A DNA stretch of 63,786 bases, counting the filler, from Sluysia triapertura (lineage: Eukaryota): assembly GCA_046118255.1 (NCBI GenBank). It is 5 parts of 5 records of this genome, joined end to end, with 100 filler letters (N's around TTAATTAATTAA, not from the genome) between each part and the next. Parts side by side here need not be neighbours in the genome. Positions count along the whole stretch, not along the records: positions 12,337 to 24,981 come from JBJNIA010092232.1; positions 25,082 to 38,255 come from JBJNIA010054994.1; 3 more parts are not named here. One strand, given 5' to 3'. Positions 12,337 through 25,360 of this stretch are shown piece by piece (position 1 is the stretch's first letter; each line of letters starts with the position of its first letter). The position numbers and the translations under genes are program-made. Under the pieces are notes generated by a model, which was not told where the DNA came from, searched no databases, and saw only the letters and a list, made by a program, of their open reading frames with translations.

Positions 12337-13957
12337 AATAAGTTTACGTGGTTAGTTAGGATTCGTTTTGTTTTTATCATTATTTTATATTTTATTTGTG
12401 GTAACGACATTTAAATTATTGCTCTTGTTTTCGAAAGAAACTAACGTGAGTAATTTTATCAATTATATGTAAATTTTAATATTTTTAAAACTAATCAAAT
12501 TTAAAAATCAAATTATTTTTTCAAATAAATAAAATAAATATTTTGTTTTAATCTGGCCAAGGCCAGTTAGATTAGGTATAAATGCGTATAAAATTTACAG
12601 CTTAGACACAATTTTTGTTTTAACAGCTTTAATCAATTTTTCTAAATATTTCATTTGGACGACGAGTGGACAAGAGTGGTATAATCCTTAAAGAATTTAC
12701 AGATTTTGGAAAATTGAATATAACACTTATCGAATTTTTTCCTTAAAATACTACTTTAGTTTATTATGTTAAGTTTTGGTTATGGAAAATATCCTCGTAA
12801 AATCCATTTAAAATAAATTATTTTAATTAATTTTCGAAACTTATAAGAGTTTCACGAAAAATCATTAATTCTCCATGACATGCTTCACTAATACCAACAG
12901 TATGGTTTGAATGTATTTATACAAGGAAAGCCTTAATATTCAGCAAAGTCACATTTTAATAAATTTTTAATTATGTAATGTTGAATTCTTTTGTACTTAG
13001 CGTGATTAAAAGATGATGATTTGACTGATACGAAAGAAGAGAATCTAGAAGTGAGTTTGAAATATCTGTAGAGTGGTTTGTTTGAGAATAAGAACCTTAA
13101 ACATTTTTTATTAAAAAATTGGATGTGAAAAACCGAAAATCAATTAAATTCTCAAAACTAAAATTAAATTCATTAGTTTCATGTATGTTAACAATAATGG
13201 TGATTGTTATTTTAATGTGAGAAGCAATTTAAGTAAATATAGATCGAGTAGAGTACAAGAAAATTATAGATGATCATAAATCATTTTGTGTTGTATCTGG
13301 TAAAATGTTAATTTTATTATCATTCAGGTATTTATAAATTAGTTTATATTTGATTTATTGGGTATCAAAATTGTAAATTTATCTGCAGTGATTTTCTTTT
13401 AGACTGTAAAATTATTACTAGTGCTCTATTCACTTGATTGTCATAACTTGTAATTGTTTAACTTGCACTTTAATTTAATAATTTATTGTTAACATTGAAT
13501 TTCATTTTCTTTGTGATTTCTTGGTAATTGTTGTGTTGAAATACATCTTGATAATTGTTGTACAGACATATAATTATAGTTAAGAATAAGTTCATTAGGG
13601 AATTAATATTGGAAGAAAATTAGAGTAAGAATTTTAGACTTAATTTAACTAAAAACGTAACATATCAAAAGTTTATACAGTAAGAATAGAAATAATAATA
13701 ATAATTAAAAATGTTAATGCCGATTTTAATCAAAGCCTTACAACTGAAAATGAATGGAAAGTAGTTAGCACTCAGGTTTTTCAGATCAATATGGAGATAT
13801 TTGACTTAGAACTTTTGCAGATCGGATCGATTTTCATTTAAGTAAAGTAAAAGGCGAAAGACATTTTGAAATATTTAATTACTAAAGGTATTAAATTCTT
13901 TAAATGACTTAATTGATACGATTCCTATAATCAATAATATAAAAGATAATAGACATT

Positions 13958-14188
13958 TTGAATAATTTAACTTCTAATATGTGGATAAAAATTTCTGTTA
14001 ATAGTGACTTCTTTGCGATGGGTATCTATACTCAATGGAATGAAGATAAATTACAGATAAACGATATGTACACTAATGAGAGTTTCAGGCATAGAGCTCA
14101 GGAAAAGTGGCTGAAGAAAAATAAAAACAATATATTAATGAAACCTTCAGAATGTATTCAAGTAAACTTAATAATAATAGCACAGTGA
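13958..14188 (+). mobile_element. Possible decayed LINE endonuclease (APE) fragment
   Basis: NMWIKI...MGIYTQW resembles the WIKI...GxYRQW segment of some LINE APE domains. Weak. Confidence 0.3.
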
Positions 14189-14588
14189 GTACTAATACTA
14201 CTAATTTTACTAATACACTTTTATAATTATATTACTCAACATGTTCAGAATAAATAAAACTAAAGAAATAAAAACATTTGACTATAGTCAACCACAAATA
14301 GTAAAAAAACTTTCATGATTTTATAATGAAGACACCCAAAATCAAATAAATCGATTAAGTATAAAAAGTTACTTAATAATATACCACCTCAATTAATGCC
14401 AGCTTCTAATGTGCTGGATGTGTAATTAAATTCATTAGAAGAGTCCTAACGGCTAAAATCATTTCAAATCATGCTTTGGTTATGTGGGGCGCTTACAATT
14501 AATAAATTAATTTTATTTTTATTTAATTTTAAATGTATGTTTAAAAGGTTTAAAATCTTCTTTGAAAAAAAAGAATTAACAATTAACT

Positions 14589-16829
14589 TTAAAACCACAA
14601 CAATTTTTTTACTATAAAACTAGGTGTAAGGCCTTTTAAAAGTAACAATTTTAACGGAACAATGACGAAATCTAACAATTTCTTAATATTGATAAAAGTT
14701 GGAAATAAACACATAACCATAAATAAAAAATAGAATGCCAGTCTCCTAGTTGAAGTCAAGTAATCATCTCGTTTGATTGAATAGTTTGCAAACGTTGATT
14801 CATAACAGTCTTTAGAAGGTCTTATTGGTTCACTCAAAGAAACTCATTATGTTGAGGATAAACAAAACATGATATATAAATACATGGGAATATAATTTAC
14901 ATTTAGATATTTGATTCAATTTCATTATATAAACTATTGATGTATAAGTACCAAAAAATGTTAAGCATAAAATACCAGACTTTATTAAATTCTTAGTATC
15001 GATTTTTTTAACATAATTTTATTTTTTAATTGCTAATAATTTTATTATTACTATTATTTACATTACCATAATTAATAATATGTTTATTATTATTGTTTTT
15101 ATTATTATTATTGTTTTCATTGTTGCTTTTGATGACAATGATGACAGTGACGGCATTGTTGTAATTGTTGAATATTTTTTTTAAATGACGATGATTGGTT
15201 TTAACAATCGGAATATGGTTGGAAAGCACTGGAGAAGACGCTCTTAAACTGGGATCAATTGAAATGTCAGGACTAGATTGGGTACTACTAGAATCTTCGT
15301 TAACAGCCATCTGGTACAGCAATAGTCACTATTGATTTGTTTTGAGATGATGCAGTTGATCTTACACCAGAATATGTTAAACTGGTATAATTGGGGTAGG
15401 TGATAAGGAATTAGATGGCACAGAATGAGCACAGTTTGCAGTTGAATTAACTGTTGGTGTCGTGAGATAATAATTATAATTTAATTGTGATTGATTAGCA
15501 GTAGGCATTTTATTATATCCGTCCATTAATTTTCTATTTATTCTATTTTCATATAAATTGACACCAGCATAGGTACTCATAGAATTACTAGCATTGCCAT
15601 TACGCGATACTATTTAGGATCGACTGTATTGTTTAAATAATATGGTTGTGACTAGACAACAAATAACATCAATAATACGCAGAATAATAGCAACCACTAG
15701 AAAAATCATATCAGTAGACGAACTGAGTACATTTTCCTTATTTTCTTTAATGTTAACAATAAAATTCATTTGTTCGGTGTATATAGATTTATTAATTGAG
15801 GGGATAATTTGTGGATAACTTTGAAAAAAGGTATAGTTGGAATTAAAGTTCCACGAATTTGATTATCTTCAGAGTTCCATAAAAGCACGTTGGATATAGT
15901 TCCAATAAATTTCTGAGAAAACGATTTAGTAAAAGAAGCTCCTATTGATATAACTTTTGATATTAATATTACTTTTTCTTCCATATCAATGATAGTGTGA
16001 TAAAGTTTTACCCGAATTTATTGATGTAAAATCTTTACGTTTAATTGATTGCTATTAAAATCCATAACTAATAAATAATCCTGATAATTTTTCAATTTAT
16101 AATTTAAGTATTTATTGTAAACATTAGAAAAATTAACTATTGTCCAATTTACATTCCAATCACATTTATCTAGTATAACATGTATAAAATTGTTCTGATC
16201 AATGATTAGGTGCATGTTACGCCCTTTGATAAATTGTACTGACATTAAATTGAATCCTTCTAAGCTGTACGAAGAAGCTTGCAAATTGAAACTGAGACTT
16301 ATTTTATGAATTTTGAATATAGTTTCCATCAAATTTCTGGCATTAAAACTGTTGTCACTTATATTGTTATTGTTTGTACTGGCATTACGTTTTGGTGGGA
16401 ATTCTGTATCCATTTCGGAGTCGATTGATGATATTGTGTGAGATGAGCCAGCGTAGAAATCGACATTATTGCGCATATGTATATAATTGATAATAAAATT
16501 ATCATTACGTACGGTAGCATAAACGAAATAATAATAATAATCATTCGATAAAAACTTTCACTTTATTCGTACGGCAAACAAATATATGACGATTTTAAAT
16601 TTGATTCGAACAGAAATGGTACAACAGTTCCAAAAGCAATAATTGATATTGATATTATAATTCCTGAGAGAGTAATGATATGATTGCGTTCCAAATAATT
16701 AGCGTAACTTGGTATATGCAATGTAGCAAGAAATATTAACATGTAGTTAATATAAGTGTTCAATACTAAATCAGTTATTGGAGCCATACAGCAAAATTTG
16801 TCGATTAACACGTAAATAAATATATACAT
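14589..16829 (-). pseudogene. Decayed composite: rhodopsin-like GPCR segments flanking a LamG-like + single-TM (neurexin-like) block
   Basis: TM4, ECL2 Cys (YICLP) and TM5 (FMLPYVMII..IY) at 16829-16480; SLSF...SIGA...FIGTISNV (LamG-like) at ~16300-15880; SSTDMIFLVVAII..FKQY TM at ~15720-15620; N/S-rich tail; TM6/TM7-like KSGILCLTFFGTY..LFILNIMSFF at ~15000-14830. Several in-frame TAA codons and frameshifts. Confidence 0.5.
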
Positions 16830-17762
16830 AAACTAGGAAACAAAAGAATAAAATGAAAGATTGATAATAAGGATAAAGAAATAAAAATGATAACAATAAC
16901 GTGGTTATTATGTTTATTAATGATGGTATTGTTGAAATTTATTATAAAAGTTATTATTTGATAATCATATTATACAACAATAATGACAATAATTATTATA
17001 TATTTTAATACGATTGGGGTTATAATAACAATAACTGTGGTTCATGATAATTATGTACAATGGTTATGTTTGTTTTTTGAATGAGTTTAGTAGTTTGTTT
17101 AATGATCTGTGTAAATCTGAAATGTTTTATGTGATGAAGTATGGATATTTCGATATGATTTCCCTAAAAGGATTATTAAGACTTCTTCTTAAATCTTCGC
17201 TTTAGTATCGCTATTATTGCGTTTTAACCTACAATTTACGCACGATAAATAAACATCTATTTAACAGCATTTTCCCGCGAATTATGTAACACACTTTGAA
17301 GTAAAAGGCATCTTTTACGTTATTTACAGGTCGTATGCTGTAAACGGACTCTGAATATTAATTTATTTTGTTAGGTAAGCTTTTAGTTAAAAGAAAAAAC
17401 ACCCAGCATATGCTTCGAAAATATACAATTGTTACATTGTGAAATGTTTAAAAACAAATATAAAGTTCATTCTGTTTCAGAAATAATATATTGAATGATT
17501 TATTATATATATTTTAAAATTGTTTTCTATGAAATATGATTAAAGCTTTATGCCATTTGATTCTCATTATTCAAAAAAGATTTTCCAAATAATAACTAGG
17601 TTCAAACACCTTTATAGTTCTGGGTGATATTTGAATGTTAAACACTTAAATAATTTCTCGAAACTGACTGAACTTTGAAATTATTTATATTAAAGATAAT
17701 ATCGGCATTATTAACAGATTTAAGGTATCGAAAACTTGTAAAAAATGTACCATATCAAGTAA

Positions 17763-17975
17763 TATTAGGTTGGTGCATAAGTTCGTGCGGTTTTTTACAA
17801 TTATGATAAATGCATACTAATCAAGAATAAAAGCCATGCAAAAAATTCCAGATAACAAAATGAATTTATTAAATCATTAGAAAAAACAAATATCTCAGTC
17901 TCAATCAGTGAGATATTCTCGCCACAATTGATGACTTCTTTCCACCGTTCTGGCAGTAGATGCCGGAAATGTTCA
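17763..17975 (-). mobile_element. Mariner element 3' end (TIR + transposase C-terminus)
   Basis: TA + TTAGGTTGGTGCATAAGTTCGTGCGG is a cecropia/Hsmar1-like TIR. Minus-strand LLPERWKEVINCGE matches the mariner LPERWxxV C-terminal motif. Confidence 0.85.
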
Positions 17976-19938
17976 TTTTTATCTAACTGATACTACGTTT
18001 TAATGAGGGTAATGAAAGTGAAAGTTAGTCTAAAATGATTTAAATGGATAATTCATCAGAGTATAACTCAAATCACTTAAAACAAGAGGTTGGTGTGTAC
18101 TCTTTGCAACAAATAAAAGCGCAGGAATTTAGATTTCTTAACTAGAAAATTATTATTTCCTTTCTAACTTTTTACTCAAATCAGTTCACCTTGTATTATT
18201 TGAGATAATTTTGTTTCATGATTTGATCTCATTCTTAGAAAACCATAAGAAAATTATTGCTAAATTATGTTCTGAGAAATATAAAATTGCTGTTACTATT
18301 TTTTGTTTACAAACACTGACTTTATTTATTTATTTTTTCATGTTCTTTGGAAATTCCTAAATTGCTTGTGAATCACTTTCTTATCCTTCATGACTTCATT
18401 ATCTTTAAGTCCAGCCAAAGGCAACACTGATATTTGAAAGTAATAAGTTACACGCAAAATACACTTTGGCTAATTGCATTTTTAGATTTTTCAGTTATAA
18501 TTTCAAGTACCCAGATAATTTGATATTGACATTAATTATTCGATTTTCATTTAAGAATGTACTAATGATAGTATTTATAAACATATTATCTGTTTTCTAT
18601 AGTTAGTATTATATGTTTAAATATTTTTATTAGACTATTCAGTATGTAATAAAAAATTTTTATTACACGTATGCATTGAATTTTTAGTTGGTTAAATGCT
18701 TATTTGAGATTAAAATTGTTTATAAGAAGAATCATGTGCATTTTTATTAATCAATATTTATATTTAGTTTAGAAGTTTATATTAGTATTTTATATTAAAA
18801 CACTATTTGTCAGTGTGTAGAATTATTCGATGTATGGTCTAAACTTATCTTCTAGCAGAATAAAAAATTTTATTTTGATAAGAGAATGCTTTATTAGCAT
18901 TTAAATCGTTGATTGAATGAGTAAATGACAAATTATTGGAAAATTAAAAATTATAAATGTTGGGTACCGGCCTAAAGTGCCATAGAATAATATAGTATAA
19001 TTGACTTTTAATAAAAACAAAATTGGTAGACGGGGCTGAGAATTCAGTGCGCAGCGAAAAGGCCCGGACAATCCATTTTATGAAATTTAACATAAATAAA
19101 GAATTGGTCAGATATAATATCACGACCAAGAGCATCCAGAATAATATGAGTTTAGCAGTCGAATTTTCTACACTTCTTAAGGGTTTTTTGTTATCATATC
19201 CTAGGTGTGTTATTTTTAAATCATGATTAAAAGATCGGTTTTAAACGAACTGTTAAATTTTGTGGTATTTGCGAGCATACATAAAAATCCATTATCACTA
19301 CAATTATTTTAGAAATATGGAGGCAGACTTAAAATTCGTCGTTTTATTCTTTACGTATAATAAACAGAGCCATAAAATTCGCAATGATGTGTTCACAGCA
19401 ACATTTGTACAAGAAAGGGATGGAACTAGAACTAGAAATATTTATTAGTGCAAATAGTATGTCTTTTTTAGCATTCCTTTATGTAATAAAAAATTTCGTC
19501 GCAGAACAATCTGAAAAAGTTTTATTGGGTCACTGGTCTATACTACTATCTGTATATAAGCGACGTCAGAAAAGTGTGAAATGCGCCCGACTATTACAGC
19601 TTTAGCTATGGGCTTATAACACTATATATTGTTTGGTCTATTAGTCAACAGATAGAAGTGTGCCTGCGGCAATATGTAATGTTTGTGTTACTGAAAGTAT
19701 GCCGCGACAAGAAAAGATTGAAATTCTTACATGTTAATACAACATCTAATATCCAAACAATTTGTAACTGCATTAAATGATAAGACAAGATTGCCATTTC
19801 TTCAGAATTTTCGAATTTTTGTCGATTTATTTTTGCTGTGTGCGAGGAAAAACATCTCTTTGTAAAATGAATCAATTTTTTAAAAAAACAATAGAAATAA
19901 AATATTTTGTTTTAATTTATATGCGTTATCTATATTAG

Positions 19939-20098
19939 TTATCCATTCTGTGAAGAAGATCAAAGTTCTCAACAATATATGACTACGCGATGTCCTTCGT
20001 GGTGTGATCGCATTTTGATGAATCGTCGAGCAATGTCTATAATAAGTGATTATGAATATAGTATGATAGGAATTGATGTTTGTATGGGAGATCATAAG
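19939..20098 (+). CDS. INPP5A: Penultimate exon of type I inositol 1,4,5-trisphosphate 5-phosphatase
   Basis: tatattag|t-YPFCEEDQSSQQYMTTRCPSWCDRILMNRRAMSIISDYEYSMIGIDVCMGDHK|gttagt. Contains the 5-phosphatase motif PxWCDRIL and the INPP5A-type CMGDHK. Missed by the ORF track. Confidence 0.93.
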
Positions 20099-20275
20099 GT
20101 TAGTAAATCGTTATTGCATGTGAAAATGAAAATAATATTGAAATTATAATTTTATGTTATGCATGTAATATTATAACTGAAAATTTATAATTTTAAACGA
20201 GGAATAATTAAAAGTTTGATTAGTAATATTTATAATGATTATAAAGTACTTTTAATCTTGCCGAAGTCGTGACTG

Positions 20276-20420
20276 ATCTAATAGATACAGAATTTCTTTT
20301 TTAAATACTCTTGTTTATATTCGGCGTATTGCTTGAAGGTCATGCGCATGTTACTAATGAGAAGCTATACTAGTTTTACTGTTAGTGTCAGTGTAGCACA
20401 TTCTTTGTGTGGATATGCGC
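20276..20420 (+). repeat. Dispersed repeat shared with ~53231-53322
   Basis: Both copies share atctaatagataca...gcttgaaggtcatgc...aatgagaag...gatatg in the same order. Confidence 0.65.
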
Positions 20421-22039
20421 GCCCTCCGCAGGGATAACAAAAAAGTAGCTTTATATTTTCATTTCCAATTTTCAAATCATCTATAATATCTTGGAATGTC
20501 AGTCTATTTACTGCGAATTCATACTTTTCAATTTATGGTTGATGTACAAGTTTAACTCTTTAGGGTCCACTGATTTTATTAGAGTGCTAGTAGCCAAGTC
20601 AATTTGAATAAATAGAAAAGAAACACCACTGTAATGAATACTGCGTACTAGATACTGGACAGCGAATTATAATAAGTGCAATTAAATAAATTTACCGTGA
20701 ATACGAATAGGTTTGCTAATTTAATGTGGCAAGTTCAGATATATGTTTCTTGTGTTACATTTTTATTTTTCTTCATGATGAATTTGTTAAAATATTTATT
20801 ACTTATAATTTTAATTTAAGGCTACAAGGAATTGTTTATGAATTAAAGTGTGATTTTACTTAATATATCAAAAATTGTGCCCGGAATTTCTTGATTAAGA
20901 AATCAATCTGTAGTATCCACATTATGTTAAGAGATGATCACTTGGTCGCCGAATGAAAATACAGACACTGATGTACTAAATTAATCCTTCATCGACAATG
21001 ATTTCAAGAATACGTCTTCAAAATTTCTTTCTCGATACGAAGCCAGTTCTACAGTCATGTGATATGACGATAATCAAGTTCTTAAAGGCTTAAGTTAGAC
21101 AATTAATTAAATGAAACTCTAGAAGTAAACATAAATTCAAAAATTCGTTTAGCGTAGATAATGATAATGTTTTATAGATCATTAAAGATCAATATCTAAG
21201 AAGAAATCCGAAGAATACACAGTTTCTAATCACTATCTTGGGAGTTTTAACATATTAAACTTCATTATAGTTTATAAATTATAAACATTATAAATAATAA
21301 CATAATTTAAATTAAACTTCAATATACTTCAAGAGAAAATCACACGTAACTACCAATGATGTGTCAAGATCAAATATAATTGTCCATAGATTATAAAATT
21401 ATAAATTTAGCACATACTTGGATTGTTGTCGTCAGTGTTAAATAGTACAGAATCATAAAAATTATTCGCATGCAGAAATTCAGAATTTCGTGCTACTTAT
21501 TGGAAAAAGAATTTAATACTTAACGTCAGGCAAATGAGAAAAATATCACAAGAAAATAATAAAGAAAAATCAAAGTAATACAGAAAGAAAGAACAAGTTG
21601 TACTGGAAGTGTAAAATAATTCAAGAAGACAATAGAACAAACAATATTTATTAGTGTTAATAAAACTACTGATGAGTAAATTTAAAAAATGATTCGCATT
21701 TTCCATTTATCAGTCCGATGCATCTTCAAGAATGTTATAAGATATCTGACTAATTGTATTCAATTTTTCACGGACAAAAACAATTTTTGATGTAACAGTG
21801 TTATAACAGCTGTGGATAACTAAATTAAATAAATCAATAATCGTTGTGTTTTGTTTAAATATTCTTTAACTACTTAATGAGAGGGAATTTCTGTGAAATG
21901 AGGTCAAAAGGCAGGGGTTTTTGTTTTTATTTATAATATTGATAAAGTAGAAATCATAATATAAACTTAAAAAACATAAAACATTGAAATGCATTAAATT
22001 CGAACGAGCGTACAATAAATATACACTAAGGTCTATGAA

Positions 22040-22178
22040 ATACAAACTTGCGAGAAGGTATCACTCCAGATAAAAATGTAAACATAATATTTATAAGTGG
22101 CGAGAGGTACTCGGAATAGCGCAAATCGGAACACATTTGATGCGCGAGAGGGTCTCGTTCTAGATGCTTGAGTGGTTA
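22040..22178 (-). mobile_element. piggyBac-like terminus with subterminal repeats
   Basis: Ends ...GAGTGG-TTAA (TTAA-CCACTC on minus), with three GCGAGA(A/G)GG motifs just inside. Confidence 0.4.
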
Positions 22179-22508
22179 ATGCCTAAAAACAGTCATATTC
22201 TATCTAATATTCTTCAAATCAAACAAACTTGGCATTTTGTCATTCATTAACGTAGATTATAATTAATCTTTCCTCGTTTTGTTTATTCGGTGCCTTCGGC
22301 ACATTCAAATGTACATCTTAATTAAAAATAAACATACTCATCTATCTAATCATGCATTATTTATTTATTTTGCTGCCGTTTTAATAAAGGTTGTTACTGT
22401 CACATTCAACAATTCAATATTATTTACACTTTTTAATTATTGTATTTATATTATATTGTTATATTATAATATTGTTATATTGTATTGTTATTTCTACATT
22501 CTGTTTAG

Positions 22509-23171
22509 CCGATTTATCTCAGTTTCAATTTTCAACCTGTTCAAAATTTTATGTCAAGCAATACTACCAATAATTCTACTGTTGCTACCCCTACTGCTTC
22601 TACTCCTCCTCCTATTCCTCTACATTACAATTCATCTCGCACTAACCGCATTACTTCATTATCATGTAATATATTGCCTGCTGTGAGAGAACCTTCTCAT
22701 ATGCCGCGTAAACGATATTCTATTATCGACGTAATCAATGGAAATCTAGTCGGTATTGCTTTACCTAGTAGCAGTGATACTGCTTGGAATGTTTACAATA
22801 ATAATAATATGAGTTTTGGCAATTTGTGTAGTAGAATATCAAGTTCTTCGGGTTCTGAGACGAGCATTGATAGTAAGAAAGAAATGGTTTCCAAGAAAAA
22901 TAAAAGAAAAACTTCAAATAAATATGAAATAACACAAAAACTGACTACTACTACTACTACGTCGTGCATACCTACTAGTATTACTAGTATTAATACTATT
23001 CCTAGTACACCTGCAATTACTACAGCTACTGATAATCCTGCTGGAGATGATGGTAGCGGTCATATTGTTAAAAAAATGTTATGTTGTGCAAAAAGTAAAA
23101 ATATCCAACATAAATCACACGTTAAATTTGCATCCTCTACACGAAATGGACGGTTTTGCTCAATAGTTTAA
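22509..23171 (+). CDS. INPP5A: Terminal exon of INPP5A-like 5-phosphatase with S/T-rich extension and CaaX box
   Basis: Phase-0 acceptor ctgtttag|PIYLSFNF continues GDHK|P (cf. GDHKPVFLAF). Open for 220 codons, ending ...RFCSIV*(TAA), a CaaX motif as in INPP5A (CVVQ). Confidence 0.88.
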   Translation, partial: PIYLSFNFQPVQNFMSSNTTNNSTVATPTASTPPPIPLHYNSSRTNRITSLSCNILPAVREPSHMPRKRYSIIDVINGNLVGIALPSSSDTAWNVYNNNNMSFGNLCSRISSSSGSETSIDSKKEMVSKKNKRKTSNKYEITQKLTTTTTTSCIPTSITSINTIPSTPAITTATDNPAGDDGSGHIVKKMLCCAKSKNIQHKSHVKFASSTRNGRFCSIV

Positions 23172-23289
23172 GTAATGGGTCATATTGAGCTGGATTTATA
23201 CTACTTACATGATGTATGTGTTTATTTATTCTTATTAATGAAATATTTTTAAAAGAAGCTCAAGAATGATTCTAGTATTATTTTACCAA

Positions 23290-23290
<1 letters not shown>

Positions 23291-23345
<55 letters not shown>
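23291..23345. repeat. (ATT)n microsatellite
   Basis: About 18 perfect units just downstream of the INPP5A stop. Confidence 0.95.
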
Positions 23346-23346
<1 letters not shown>

Positions 23347-24642
23347 TTTATAACTAATTAAATCAATTTTTATCATTAAATAAGCTATTGATAAATTGAA
23401 AGTGGATAAAATTGTAAATTATTGTACAAGCATAAAACGCATTTTTATATAACGTTACAAATTATTTTTCTTTCAAATATTTAAGAAATCAAGCACGTTT
23501 TAATTGAATTATACAATTTATATTTTACGAAGGTTCTGTAATTTATGTTACTTGAAATTGAAGAAATTTTTTTATCTATTCTTAAATTAATCATGGTGCG
23601 ATACATTTGTTTGGTTTATTATTTTATTTGTGAAATTATTTTATATTTGAAATAATAGGATATATTTTCGAAAATACATGTATACGTTTTTTCATGTATA
23701 ATTAATAAAGCTGAAGAAAAGTAGTATGTATGGATCGAAATTACTAACTTTCCAAATGACTATACTGTAAGTTTGATACTTTGTGAAATGACGAAGCTGA
23801 TTACGAAAATGTGAACAATTATCAACTCCCAATGAAGATATTTCATTATCATAGTTATTAAATTTTGCAGATTTGTTAATTTCCATTTGTCATAAATGTA
23901 TACACATGATTTTCTACTGTCTTAAATTTATTTAAATTATATTCATGTTAAGCAACTGTTACATGTCACATTGTGCCATATTGTCAACCAAGTTATTTCA
24001 TATTTATAATTTTAAGTATCGAAAAAATATTTCCTTTTATTTATTTTATAATTTGCACAGTTTAATAATAATTAATTTTACAGATTATATAAAATTATTA
24101 TTACGTAATAGTGATTGCTTTGAAATATATTTTGTTTTATTTTGGGGTACAACTTTACCTAAAATGTACAATTAAATAGTTTTAATTGAATTATATCGTC
24201 AATTGAATGAGTTAACAAAAATCACTTTTACTTTATGTTAAATTTATCGCTTTTATCAAGTAAACTTAAAATTAAGTTCCAGGACGAGACAACACTTGAA
24301 TTTTCGCATGCAGTAGTCAAATAAAAATGTAAAGACTAATGCGGCAGCTAACCTTTGCATTTATCACAAATATGATTTATAAAATTTCGATCGCGTTATT
24401 GAGCACTAAAGTTTCGTCGATAAGAAAAGTTCATTTTGTATTGGAATTGTAGAAAAATGAGTCTTTATATAATTCATTTTTCAATATGCGTACGTCAACG
24501 CTACGTTTTTTGATTATATAAATCGATTTTTTACAAGGAATCATTCTATGTATTTCTGTGATTTATATTATTTTATTGCTGGGTTCTTTTTTAACCTAAG
24601 AACTTACCTACAGCAAAAATAATTAATATTTATGAGTCCGTT

Positions 24643-25360
24643 TACAGTATACGACTTACCTATGGCGTACCTGTAAGAATCACGTAAAGTAATTATCAAA
24701 AATTAACTCCTTAAAAACAATACTTCGTCTCTATTTAATACTATCAAATAAAATCGTTAATCTTACAGTAAATGAATTACAAGACCAACGTTTATAATAA
24801 TGTAAGTGTAGAACTTCTTAATGTGAATTATAGCGTTTTAAAGCAAAATAACTTGGTAAAAATGTTATTAAAATTATATCTTAACGTTTTATTCTTTAAC
24901 AGAGATAACAATAAACACAAAAACCTAATTTTTATTATATAACAAATTACTGTGAATGTAATTACTAAACAAATGCTATTANNNNNNNNNNNNNNNNNNN
25001 NNNNNNNNNNNNNNNNNNNNNNNNNTTAATTAATTAANNNNNNNNNNNNNNNNNNNNNNNNNNNNNNNNNNNNNNNNNNNNTAAAATGTCAAGAAAATTT
25101 TCAGATGCTGAAAGTAACTTAAATCTTAGTGAAGAACAATCTAGTAACAGTTGTGCAAGTGATCAAAGTGATGTAGGGGACAGCGATGATGAGGTACTTC
25201 ATGATAGTTTTGTATAACAATTTTCGTATTCCTTCTGAACTGTACAACAAGTTTATCAATTTTGTGCTCAGTCTTATATCAATAAATGCAATAAGCTATT
25301 TTTATTTTAGTTTTTTTAATGAAGGGCCTTAAGCCGGTCATGTCCTGGTCGTATACTGTA
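24643..25360. mobile_element. Tc1/mariner-superfamily-like element with TA-CAGTATACGAC termini spanning the linker
   Basis: TACAGTATACGAC at 24643-24655 and its exact reverse complement at 25348-25360. An acidic peptide (SDAESNLNLSEEQSS...DSDDEV*) follows the gap. Confidence 0.5.
24982..25081. other. Assembly linker
   Basis: N44-TTAATTAATTAA-N44. Confidence 0.98.

Noticed and set aside
15377-16565. Repeated in-frame TAA codons (also near 59926, 60750 and 62656) suggesting TAA reassignment or readthrough
   Set aside because: The ARF exon and the INPP5A CaaX exon both end with TAA at the conserved C-terminus, and the same regions also contain frameshifts. This fits pseudogene decay under AT-biased mutation.
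19023-19226. Possible upstream INPP5A exon ending ...SYP-AG|GT
   Set aside because: The phase fits, but the peptide shows no similarity to the expected ELxIxFPPS region.
22279-22686. 135-aa hydrophobic ORF
   Set aside because: It is AT-rich intron sequence plus an alternative frame of the INPP5A terminal exon.
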